A stretch of DNA of 15,358 bases from Chitinivibrionales bacterium (GTDB taxonomy: Bacteria; Fibrobacterota; Chitinivibrionia; Chitinivibrionales; WJKA01), in NCBI GenBank assembly GCA_038247415.1, contig JBBRUX010000067.1, positions 1 through 15,358 on the forward strand, written 5' to 3'. Below the pieces are notes generated by a model, which worked only from the letters and a program-made list of their open reading frames with translations, searched no databases and had not been told where the DNA came from. Both the position numbers and the translations under genes were made by a program. Positions 1 to 8,150 of the stretch are shown piece after piece (positions within the stretch are counted from its first letter, which is position 1; each line of letters starts with the position of its first letter).

Positions 1-731
1 ACTTGAGCTGACGGTCCGACCTTCACTGACGCGCCTGTCGAAGTGAATGTTGCGACAAGAGCTGTCACCACAGTCCCGAACGGCACGGTCACCGCAACGG
101 TCTTTGCGGCCTCATTGATGGTGCCCGTCGCAGCAGGACTGGCAAAGCTGAATGCAGTTAGTGCCTTGGGAGCATTTTGCACAATTATCACTGTGACTGT
201 ATAGTTCTGTTGGCTGGAATCCCCCGCGGTGACAGTATAAATTACCGGGCTTGCGAAGTTATTGGCAGATGTCCCACTCATTTGAAGTGCGGTTCCAACC
301 TTGACAGTTGTACCGGTTGTCGAAAATGTCGCAATGAGCGCAGAAACATCTGTGCCATAAGGAACTGCCACAGAAATTGTTTTTGTCGTGTCGTTGATGA
401 CACCCGTTGCAGCAAGATTGACAAAGCCGAATGCAATCAAAGCTTTTGCATTGTTTGCCCCAACAGAAACTGTCACGACATAATCTTGTTTGTTCCCATT
501 GGTTGCGGTGACCGTGTAAGTGACCGGGCTCGTGAAATTATTGGCAGTGGCTCCGCTTGTTTGTGCCGCCGTTCCGACATTGACCGATGCGCCTGATGTA
601 TTAAACGTAGCAACAAGGGCTGTCACATCCGTTCCAAAAGGAACTGCCACAGAAATCGTTTTCGTCGTATCGTTGATGACCCCGCTTGCTGCTGGGCTGG
701 CAAATCCAAATGCAGTTAGTGCATTGGCGTT
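1..731 (-). repeat. Intragenic tandem repeat, 279-nt (93-aa) period, at least 2.6 copies
   Basis: Units are 731-453, 452-174 and 173-<1. They start NANALTAFGF, NAKALIAFGF and APKALTAFSF and share G(V/T)IN-x3-KT(I/V)xVxVP(F/Y)GTxV(T/S)AL(V/I)ATF. Confidence 0.9.
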
Positions 732-1136
732 GTCAAGGTAACGCACAAAAAAAGCAATCGTATCAGTCACAATAACTTCTCCACCCTCATATTTCGATTC
801 AACAATCACCGCATGCCGACCCGATGACAATACATCGAATTGAAACACTCCGGAGGTTTGCCATTGCGAAAAGGTGCTCGAATCGATATGCGCGCGGAAT
901 CTGCTCTCCGGTCGATTGCCCGTCACGGTGATTGTGGCCGAACGTGTGGAAAGAGTGTCCCCTTTGCCCACATTATTCCCGGTTGTATCAATGGTGATTG
1001 CCGGGGGTACGTAATTGGAGTTATGTTGGTCCAATGGGTTGGTCAATTCGCTGGTGCATACTGGAATCAGTAGTGCTAAAAGCACAGACAATCCTGCAAG
1101 TGCTTGGCCAATTCTGCTGTGTACTCTGTGCTTCAT
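1..1136 (-). CDS. Putative surface lipoprotein with tandem ~93-aa Ig-like beta-sandwich repeats (DUF5018/cadherin-like); 3' end lies outside the window
   Basis: Hand translation from ATG 1136 stays open to base 1: MKHRVHSRIGQALAGLSVLLALLIPVCTSELTNPLDQH... It has a basic N-terminus, a hydrophobic stretch and a Cys, then repeats such as ALTAFGFASPAASGVINDTTKTISVAVPFGTDVTALVATF...NNFTSPVTYTVTA. SD-like GAAGGA lies upstream. It is absent from the ORF track, presumably because its stop is outside the window. Confidence 0.88.
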   Translation of the reverse strand, partial: MKHRVHSRIGQALAGLSVLLALLIPVCTSELTNPLDQHNSNYVPPAITIDTTGNNVGKGDTLSTRSATITVTGNRPESRFRAHIDSSTFSQWQTSGVFQFDVLSSGRHAVIVESKYEGGEVIVTDTIAFFVRYLDNANALTAFGFASPAASGVINDTTKTISVAVPFGTDVTALVATFNTSGASVNVGTAAQTSGATANNFTSPVTYTVTATNGNKQDYVVTVSVGANNAKALIAFGFVNLAATGVINDTTKTISVAVPYGTDVSALIATFSTTGTTVKVGTALQMSGTSANNFASPVIYTVTAGDSSQQNYTVTVIIVQNAPKALTAFSFASPAATGTINEAAKTVAVTVPFGTVVTALVATFTSTGASVKVGPSAQ

Positions 1137-1162
1137 GCCGGTCCTTCGTTTGAATATGCTTA

Positions 1163-2092
1163 TCAAAAATTAAAGCTGATCAAGATTCCGTTGGCCTTGC
1201 CGAGTATCGGAACGACGGCCAGGTTCTTTGAACCCTTCGTCTCAGGTTTCCACGGATAAACAACTATTCCGCATGCAACCGAAACAACTCCGCCGATAGC
1301 ACAAACAATTGCTGTGGTGTGTGCCGAATTCTTTTTGACACGATAGTCATCCATATCTGCTTGTGCGGTTGCCGTCGCGTATTTGGAAGCGTAATTAGTG
1401 CTCAAATAGTAGAAATAGCCGCCTGCACCGATTGCTGACAGACCAACCACCCCCAGACAAATGCCGGTAGGTTTTCTCCAGGAGGCGTGCACGCCTGATG
1501 TGGCTGCGGGCTTTGCTGGCTTTTGCGTTTTAGTATGCATCTTCTCCGAATCTAGATTCTCTTCCGGTGTTTTTCCATAAGCAAATGGCATATCGTCTAT
1601 CACATTCTTGACGGCATCATTTACCGTTACATGGAACTGCCCATTGTTGGAAAAGGTACCGTTTGTGATAATGAACTCTACCTTTTGCGATTTGACGCCA
1701 TAAACCGAATACTCCAGAACGAAATTGGAGAGTTTCACGGATCCTGCTTTCGGAGTAATTAATATCCCGTTCCAGTCGAACGCGTTAGCAGCCTGCGTTG
1801 AAACGGGATTGTACTTTGCATCGTTTTCGGTAGTGAATATCACTGGTTTTTCGAGTGTTCCCTCAACAATAAGTGAACCCTCTACAATGAGCCCGGTGAA
1901 TGGCTTGAAAAGCAGAATAGCGCCCTCTTTGATTTTCAAGGTTTTTCCTGCAGGCACAACAATATTGTCGATAACCTTAAACGGATTGCCCGTAGTATCG
2001 AGAGTCATATCCCCGATTTTCCCCGAAAGCGAGATTTCGGCAAATAGGGGTAGGGCCGAAAGCAAGAAAAGGAGTATCGCGATTTTCTGCAT
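1163..2092 (-). CDS. Exported protein with short right-handed beta-helix (pectin-lyase-like) region and hydrophobic C-terminal anchor ending in Phe
   Basis: Start re-called at ATG 2092 (MQKIAILLFLLSALPLFA, a signal peptide; AAGGA upstream). The motif NPFKVIDNIVVPAGKTLKIKEGA...LIVEGTLEKPVIFT...WNGI is typical of beta-helix starts. Two hydrophobic helices and the terminus GILISFNF follow. Confidence 0.75.
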   Translation of the reverse strand: MQKIAILLFLLSALPLFAEISLSGKIGDMTLDTTGNPFKVIDNIVVPAGKTLKIKEGAILLFKPFTGLIVEGSLIVEGTLEKPVIFTTENDAKYNPVSTQAANAFDWNGILITPKAGSVKLSNFVLEYSVYGVKSQKVEFIITNGTFSNNGQFHVTVNDAVKNVIDDMPFAYGKTPEENLDSEKMHTKTQKPAKPAATSGVHASWRKPTGICLGVVGLSAIGAGGYFYYLSTNYASKYATATAQADMDDYRVKKNSAHTTAIVCAIGGVVSVACGIVVYPWKPETKGSKNLAVVPILGKANGILISFNF

Positions 2093-2271
2093 AAAGAATA
2101 GTTTCCTTAAAAACGGTGATTGGCAAAGAGCTTTGGAAAATAGCTTATTGTTGATAACAAAGAAGGATTGTTTTCTGCAACCGCTCATTTGTGTTAATTT
2201 CTACCCCGAATACCATAAAAGGGCACTAAAATTCCCGTGCTAAATCCCCTGCCTCCATAATTAATCATCCT

Positions 2272-3522
2272 TTAATGTCCGGGGGTGCCATACATTGTAG
2301 TAGAGTTGGGAATAAGTGATGTTGCGATCTTCCAATGTCTGCCATAATTGTTATACTCTGGGTTTGCAACAAGAGAATCGAGAACAATGGAAACATTGTC
2401 ATTTTTTGCTGGCCATTCCAGCGCATTTGTTGATGTTGTCATATACGATACAAAATCCATAATGCGGTTGCCCGATCGTTTAACAAAAAGCGATCCCGAA
2501 TTGTACGCCAATTTAAAAGGTGCTGACAATAATGATGCAGGCGCATAGGTCCAGGAAGGTGTCTTATTTGCAACAATTAGAAACGAATGCGCTGCCACGG
2601 TGACGATCCCGAGTTTTTGAATATCCCCATCAACGTCTATGATGAGCGAATCAGAAAACGAGACAGTAGTTGGATTAAAAAGTTCTATAAAATCTGAATC
2701 GCTATCTGCATAATACATAATTTCCGAGATTATTATTGGGCCTTGTTCATTACCGATTGAATCGAGAGTTGTATCGTAAACACCATGGATAAGCGTTACC
2801 CCACCTTGATTGATATTCACCGAAAGAGCAACCTTCCCATCATTTTTAAATGTAGCTTCGAATGTAGTGTATACGTTAGTAAATGCGAAACCGGTTTTAT
2901 GCCATGCGGCACCAACTGTATCGTTTGCGGCAGTGAGCCCAGCAACCGTTAGAGTACCGGTTGTGTTATAGGGGATATTATCGATGGCTAAAAACGATTT
3001 CGTATCACGCTTTACTTTTGTAGAGTACACTGTAGTACCTACTGTAAATGATGCGTATACCGAATCGACGGCGGTTGGAACAGATGAGAGCGATACATAA
3101 ATTGATCCAAGACGAGGCATAAGTACCAATGCCACCGATGCAACAGCCCCAGCTGATATAGTAGTCGCCAAAGCAGCGGGAACATGAATGGTGTCGCCTT
3201 GCTTGTTTTTAGTAAAAGCCTGGATATAGCGAATTGCACCCGTAGGAATACCTGAAATGGTTTGTGTCTGATTTGCGAGCGAATCGATCAAATACGCAGA
3301 CCGAAGGGGACTCATACCACTTCCACTCACTGTTATGACAAGAGAATCTGCTGCCGTCGCCACCGACTTTGCCATACCTGCAGGTTTATGAATGCTCACC
3401 GATATCACCGCACTGCCAGTGCCCAATGCCTGTTGCGGCTCGATAGTTCCGCATGAAAACACTACAATACCAAAAAGAATTACAGTACAACACCATCGCA
3501 GAGGATAAAACTTTTTATTCAT
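2272..3522 (-). CDS. Lipoprotein with C-terminal lamin tail domain (LTD)
   Basis: Lipoprotein signal ending VVFSC, Thr/Ser-rich beta regions, and the LTD signature IIISEIMYY...DFIELFNPT...FLIVA...MDFVSY...GTPG. Confidence 0.8.
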   Translation of the reverse strand: MNKKFYPLRWCCTVILFGIVVFSCGTIEPQQALGTGSAVISVSIHKPAGMAKSVATAADSLVITVSGSGMSPLRSAYLIDSLANQTQTISGIPTGAIRYIQAFTKNKQGDTIHVPAALATTISAGAVASVALVLMPRLGSIYVSLSSVPTAVDSVYASFTVGTTVYSTKVKRDTKSFLAIDNIPYNTTGTLTVAGLTAANDTVGAAWHKTGFAFTNVYTTFEATFKNDGKVALSVNINQGGVTLIHGVYDTTLDSIGNEQGPIIISEIMYYADSDSDFIELFNPTTVSFSDSLIIDVDGDIQKLGIVTVAAHSFLIVANKTPSWTYAPASLLSAPFKLAYNSGSLFVKRSGNRIMDFVSYMTTSTNALEWPAKNDNVSIVLDSLVANPEYNNYGRHWKIATSLIPNSTTMYGTPGH

Positions 3523-3551
3523 GATTCCCTACTTGTATATTAAAAATGAGT

Positions 3552-3583
3552 AAAAAAAAGCCCACTTAAAAAAGCGGGCTTTA
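3552..3583 (-). terminator. Intrinsic terminator downstream of hcp
   Basis: Minus strand AGCCCGCTT-TTTT-AAGTGGGCT followed by a T-run, about 25 nt after the hcp stop. Confidence 0.85.
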
Positions 3584-3607
3584 CTGCAAGGAAAGTAACC
3601 TTGGCTT

Positions 3608-4093
3608 TTAGCGACCTTCGACCCATGAGTCGGAAGCTTGCAGGTTACCATCGAGATATGTCCAGGTAATTTTTTGATACCTGATACTGATAGACTCGAG
3701 ATGAACATACCGTTCTTTTGCGGGGTCTTTTACATTATACATAAGAGGCTTAACAGAACAAATTTTGCATCCGGTAAGCTTATGATTAAAGTATTCTGTT
3801 TCTGAACCGGTATCATCGATGCGATACCATTTAAATTCGATTTCGGCAAAAGTTTGTCCTTCGCAGACTGCTTTGTACAGGTAAGGAGACGAAGCATCAT
3901 ACGATTTGACAAGCGTGATTGCCTCATGCTTGCGGGTACCAGTCAATTTTCCGGTATCGGGGTCGGTTGGAATTCTCACTTCATGATTGAATTCCAAGAC
4001 TTCGATTGCACCTTCACGTCCTGAGACATCAACAGATCCCTTAACTTCCGCACCATTCTCATCTTTCATCCACATGTAGGCAGGAATTGGCAT
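3608..4093 (-). CDS. hcp: Type VI secretion system tube protein Hcp (TssD)
   Basis: 161 aa with Hcp motifs MPIPAYMW...KGSVDVSGREGAIEV...TGKLTGTRKH...DASSPYLYKAVCEGQ...HLESISIRYQKITW. SD AAGGAG. Adjacent to tssC. Confidence 0.97.
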   Translation of the reverse strand: MPIPAYMWMKDENGAEVKGSVDVSGREGAIEVLEFNHEVRIPTDPDTGKLTGTRKHEAITLVKSYDASSPYLYKAVCEGQTFAEIEFKWYRIDDTGSETEYFNHKLTGCKICSVKPLMYNVKDPAKERYVHLESISIRYQKITWTYLDGNLQASDSWVEGR

Positions 4094-4140
4094 ACTGACT
4101 CCTTGTTTGAGGTTGGTTTTGAATCTACTAGCATATGTAA

Positions 4141-4183
4141 AAGATACACTCTGGTTTTTACAATTTCTGTGATGGCGATCACA
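4141..4183 (-). promoter_or_regulatory. CRP/FNR-family operator (TGTGA-N6-TCACA) with -10 element TATCTT; putative class II activator-dependent hcp promoter
   Basis: TGTGA tggcga TCACA lies at 4168-4183. Placing its centre at -41.5 on the minus strand puts -12..-7 at 4146-4141 (TATCTT) and +1 near 4134. Confidence 0.65.
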
Positions 4184-4200
4184 CTTCGGTACGATTTTTT

Positions 4201-4233
4201 AAAAAAAAATGCCGGAATACATCCGGCACTTTT
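4201..4233 (-). terminator. Intrinsic terminator between tssC and hcp
   Basis: Minus strand AAAAGTGCCGGA-TGTAT-TCCGGCA then nine T, about 22 nt after the tssC stop. Confidence 0.88.
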
Positions 4234-4255
4234 AAAACCAACACTGCGGGATACT

Positions 4256-5776
4256 TTATTTTCCTTTTGGCATTTGCGACACAAGTGACAGATTGATATC
4301 GATACCTTCAATCTGGAAGTGAGGCATAACCGCTAGGCTTACACTAAAGAATCCTGGATTATCTTCGATTTCCTTAACCGTAACCTCTGCAGCTTTAAGA
4401 GGATGCGTTGCAATAAGCTCTGGACCAGGATCATTCATTTCGGTGACTAGACCCTTTATCCACTTATTAAGCTCATCCTGAAGCACTGTTTTGCTTTTGG
4501 TAGAACCAATATTTTCTCGTTGAATAACCTTGAGATAATGAGCAATCCGCGATACCAAGAAAATATACGGCAATCGTGAATTAATACGCATATTTGCAGT
4601 AATACGAGGATCGTCGTATTCCTGAGGTTTTTGCGTTGAGTTAGCAGAAAAATAACATGCATAATCACGATTTTTATAAAAAGAAAGCGGAATAAAACCT
4701 TCTTGAGCAAATTCAAATTCCCGTGTTTCTGGAATGAGAATTTCTGTTGGAATCTTCATTTGCTTGCCTTTGCCCACATCATACATATGAATCGGGAGAT
4801 CGTCTACCTTACCACCCGATTCAGGGCCGCGAATCTGAACGCACCAGCCATTGTCGACAAATGATCGAACCATATTTGCAGCAAATGCAAAGCTTGCATT
4901 TCCCCACAGATACTTATTGTGCTCTTCCCCGGTTACACCTTCTTCGTAATTAAATTCCTTGACGGGCTGACTCTCGGCACCATACGGAAGACGCAGTAAG
5001 TAGCGAGGCAGAACAAGTCCTACATAGCGAGAATCTTCGGTTTGTCTGAAACTATTCCACTTCAGGAACTCGGACCGTTCCATGTAGTTATGGAGATCTT
5101 CTATTTTTGGCAAATCGTGGACGTTGTCCTTGCCAAAAAACTTTGGATTTGCAGCGCCAATAAAAGGGCAATGGCAGGCAGCCGAAACACGTGATACTTC
5201 CTGTAAAAGAGCAATATCGGCCGCGCTATTTTCGAAACCAAAGTTAGAAATGAGCGCGCCATACGGTTCACCACCGGGAGTATCGTATTCTTCGGTGTAC
5301 AAATGCTTATACATACCGCTCTGAATAGTTTCTGGGGCATCTTCGAAATCTTCTGCAAGTTCATCTTTGGAAACATCGAGCAGATCGATTTTCACATTCT
5401 TTTTAAAATCGGTACGATCGACAAGAAACTTAAGACTCCGCCATGATGATTCCATCTTCTGGAATTCAGGATGATGCAAAATCTCGTCGAGCTGAGCAGA
5501 AAGTTTACGATCGATTTCGGCAATGTGATGATCGAGAACTACCTTGTCGATTTTTTCAACAGTCTGACCTGATGCAATAACACTATTAACAAAAAAGGCA
5601 AGTGCTGCGCCAATGCGTTCGTTTGCCTTTGATTCGGCAAGTGCTTCGGCATTCTTATACGCGGTAACCTCAACGGTACCAGTAGGTACAGCCAGATTCA
5701 TTGTTTGATAGATATACTCTAGCCCCGCAGCCGATTGGCCTTCTGCTTGAGTTTTTTCTTCTTCCTGTAAAGCCAT
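4256..5776 (-). CDS. tssC: T6SS contractile sheath large subunit TssC (VipB)
   Basis: 506 aa with ILHHPEFQKMESSWRSLKFLVDRT, EEYDTPGGEPYG, DSRYVGLVLPRYLLRLPYG, GWCVQIRGPESGGKV, SRIAHYLKVIQRENIG and PHFQIEG. SD GAGGAG. Confidence 0.98.
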   Translation of the reverse strand: MALQEEEKTQAEGQSAAGLEYIYQTMNLAVPTGTVEVTAYKNAEALAESKANERIGAALAFFVNSVIASGQTVEKIDKVVLDHHIAEIDRKLSAQLDEILHHPEFQKMESSWRSLKFLVDRTDFKKNVKIDLLDVSKDELAEDFEDAPETIQSGMYKHLYTEEYDTPGGEPYGALISNFGFENSAADIALLQEVSRVSAACHCPFIGAANPKFFGKDNVHDLPKIEDLHNYMERSEFLKWNSFRQTEDSRYVGLVLPRYLLRLPYGAESQPVKEFNYEEGVTGEEHNKYLWGNASFAFAANMVRSFVDNGWCVQIRGPESGGKVDDLPIHMYDVGKGKQMKIPTEILIPETREFEFAQEGFIPLSFYKNRDYACYFSANSTQKPQEYDDPRITANMRINSRLPYIFLVSRIAHYLKVIQRENIGSTKSKTVLQDELNKWIKGLVTEMNDPGPELIATHPLKAAEVTVKEIEDNPGFFSVSLAVMPHFQIEGIDINLSLVSQMPKGK

Positions 5777-5841
5777 ATCACCATCTCCTCTTAGTGGGTA
5801 TCGATTTTTAGATCTTTAACGTATGTTAAACAAACAGCCGT

Positions 5842-6339
5842 TTATGCACCTTCGTCGGGAACAATTTTTTTAAGCTGTTCCTGAAGTGATTTTGCTGCCT
5901 CAGGATCTTTGATAATTTCTTCGAGACGTTTACGGAATTCACGATTATCCAAGAGATTTGATTTAAGATCTTTAATGAGGTTGCGTGCAGCCAACAGCCG
6001 AGAAAGCTCGGGAATCGATTTAGCAACCTGCTCTGGCTTAAAAGAATCCATATTTTTCATCTCAAGATTGATTGGCATTTCGCCCTGGCCAGAAAGCTTA
6101 TTATCAACACTATATTTTAAATTCAGATTCATGCTTTCCATGACCTGAGTAAAATTATTCTTGTCGATAGAAACCTTTTCCCGTTCTGCCAAACGTCCAT
6201 CTTTTGCTTGACCCGAAAAATCCCCAGCTACAAGAAGCTTTAGGGGAAGTTCCACTTTCTTCTTGGCATCGCCTTTACCCACGTCAAGTTTCAGATTAAT
6301 ACGCGCTGCGGGAATCTCATTTTGAAAACTGCCGGCCAT
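5842..6339 (-). CDS. tssB: T6SS contractile sheath small subunit TssB (VipA)
   Basis: 165 aa with SFQNEIPAARINLKLD, KKVELPLKLLVAGDFS, SIDKNNF and FKPEQVAKSIPELSRLLAARNLIKDLKSNL. Directly upstream of tssC. Confidence 0.98.
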   Translation of the reverse strand: MAGSFQNEIPAARINLKLDVGKGDAKKKVELPLKLLVAGDFSGQAKDGRLAEREKVSIDKNNFTQVMESMNLNLKYSVDNKLSGQGEMPINLEMKNMDSFKPEQVAKSIPELSRLLAARNLIKDLKSNLLDNREFRKRLEEIIKDPEAAKSLQEQLKKIVPDEGA

Positions 6340-6481
6340 AAGAACCGCCTTTCTAAAAAGTTCAACTACTCGTTACAAGGTACTTAACTATGTATGCAAC
6401 ACTATAAAATACCAACTGACCATGGCATTTGTATCTTTTTTTTACTATCGCGCCTTTTGTACTAAGATTACGATACCGAGC

Positions 6482-8011
6482 TTACCCATTAAGTTCCCAT
6501 GCTCGCTTAGGATTTATTTGACTGAGCAAGCGGACAATCTGCGTAAATTTTTCGTTGATGGATACCAGTGCCGGGGGTTGCTTGTTGATACGAGCCGCCT
6601 TATATGCGTGTCCGAGCTTGACCCACGCATCGGCTGCCAAATCTGGGTTCCAGGTATCGAGATGATATGCCCCAATTTTAGAATCGAGAGCCTCAAGCAC
6701 GGCGACCGCAATGTCTGGTTGCTTAGCTTTGAGCAAGAGATCACCCATGATTATGGTACGTTTGAAATTATCTTCTTCGCACGAACTGGAACGGATTGCT
6801 TTTTGCAAAGTCTCGATTGCCGCATCGGTCTTATTCGCCGCAACCTGTGCATTAATCTCTTTCATTTCTTCATCGAGAACACTTTTTACCCTGATAACTC
6901 CCGATCCCCCGTCGCCCCCTGTGCTGCTGCCAAAGGCAGGCTTGACATCGGACTCGATCCAGTCGAGAGTAGCAGGATCGCACAGCGCACCGCCATCAGA
7001 GAACGAAAGGGAAACAAGTTCGGGCACTCTTTTAAGCAGGAGCGCGGTTTCTTGCACAATTGCCATATGCACAGCTTTATAGGTATCTCCAAGCGATGTG
7101 CACGCAAGCGCAGAAAAACGTTGAAGATCGAGCCACAGATGATTTCCCCCACCAACAAACGCTTCTTCTGATTTTGTTAAAAGCGTTTTAAAATCTGTTT
7201 GCGCAGACAAATTGGCAAAAAATGTTCTCTGTTGTGGATTTGGGCCATTAAGCTGGGTTTTTCCACTTTCTGCCGGAGGTGATTTCTCTAAAAGATCCCA
7301 CCGCACTGCACGTATAATACGATAGCCCATTGGTTTTGCATCTTCTTTCTCAAGAAGAAAACGCGCAGCAGCTCGAATTGAAGTTTGAGCGGCTTTGGGA
7401 GAATCGAGTACTTCTGGGGTTGCTGCACTTTGTGAACCTGTGGCTGCTCCGGGGACCCCAGAAGCTACTGCGGATGCGACAGGCGCAACAGGAACTGGTT
7501 TTGGTTTTGTCTGATCGCGAAATTGCTGTATAACCTTAAATAAATTAGTAGGAAAAGGAGACCCTTCAGGATATTTTCCTTCGAGAATTGTTTTTATTTT
7601 TGTCAACGAATCTGCAGCCCGCACATAGTGTTCGTAGGCCTGCGGCTCTGGTTTCTTTTGAGCTAAGAGATCGTTGTAGCGATCTTCGGCAAGCCATTTA
7701 AATGCATTGGTTTTTGCTGCAGGACGCTCTGGATGCACAGCATCAAAGCCAGTATCAAGAAGCGTTTCCATGCCTTCGAAAATATCCGCAAATTCTTCCC
7801 ATTTATCCGCCTTAAGAAGCGCAAAACTTAAAAACGAAACAACCCGCAAATCTTTGGCTTTGGCCTTAAGCAAATTCTGGGAGCGCTCTATGACGACATC
7901 GAAATCGATTCCCGACAATTTTCCCATTTCATTTTTGAGCACGTCAAAATCGGGATCGTAATTAATATTTTCACCGAAAGGTTTATCGGCGCTTATAGGA
8001 TTTTTTATCAA
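6482..8011 (-). CDS. tssA: T6SS protein TssA (ImpA N-terminal domain + Pro/Ala linker + VasJ-type domain); start possibly ATT at 8029
   Basis: ImpA_N motifs PIS...GENINYDPDF and LLKAKAKDLRV. VasJ-type motifs GYRIIRAVRW, HLWLDLQ and LSFSDG. Upstream of tssBC. Confidence 0.93.
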   Translation of the reverse strand: MIKNPISADKPFGENINYDPDFDVLKNEMGKLSGIDFDVVIERSQNLLKAKAKDLRVVSFLSFALLKADKWEEFADIFEGMETLLDTGFDAVHPERPAAKTNAFKWLAEDRYNDLLAQKKPEPQAYEHYVRAADSLTKIKTILEGKYPEGSPFPTNLFKVIQQFRDQTKPKPVPVAPVASAVASGVPGAATGSQSAATPEVLDSPKAAQTSIRAAARFLLEKEDAKPMGYRIIRAVRWDLLEKSPPAESGKTQLNGPNPQQRTFFANLSAQTDFKTLLTKSEEAFVGGGNHLWLDLQRFSALACTSLGDTYKAVHMAIVQETALLLKRVPELVSLSFSDGGALCDPATLDWIESDVKPAFGSSTGGDGGSGVIRVKSVLDEEMKEINAQVAANKTDAAIETLQKAIRSSSCEEDNFKRTIIMGDLLLKAKQPDIAVAVLEALDSKIGAYHLDTWNPDLAADAWVKLGHAYKAARINKQPPALVSINEKFTQIVRLLSQINPKRAWELNG

Positions 8012-8150
8012 ATCTAAAAAAGAAGAAATAAAACACCTCGTCGAATTAGGTTGACAGAACTTACAGGGATACTTAAAGAATATATAATGAGGATACAGGG
8101 TGTGGGGAATATTTTTTTGTTAATAACATAAGATAATTGCAAAGCTCCCT

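Noticed and set aside
1..731. Periodic repeats as a CRISPR array or diversity-generating retroelement
   Set aside because: The 279-nt in-frame coding repeats have no spacers, and no cas or reverse transcriptase gene is in the window.
177..1073. Plus-strand ORFs 177-596, 520-741 and 840-1073 (one Cys-rich)
   Set aside because: Antisense shadows of the minus-strand Ig-repeat lipoprotein gene.
6422..7171. 249-aa plus-strand ORF and other ORFs antisense to tssA/tssB/tssC
   Set aside because: They overlap well-supported T6SS genes and show no recognisable motifs.
8051..8088. Perfect TTGACA and TATAAT hexamers on the plus strand
   Set aside because: The spacer is 26 nt, incompatible with a sigma70 promoter.
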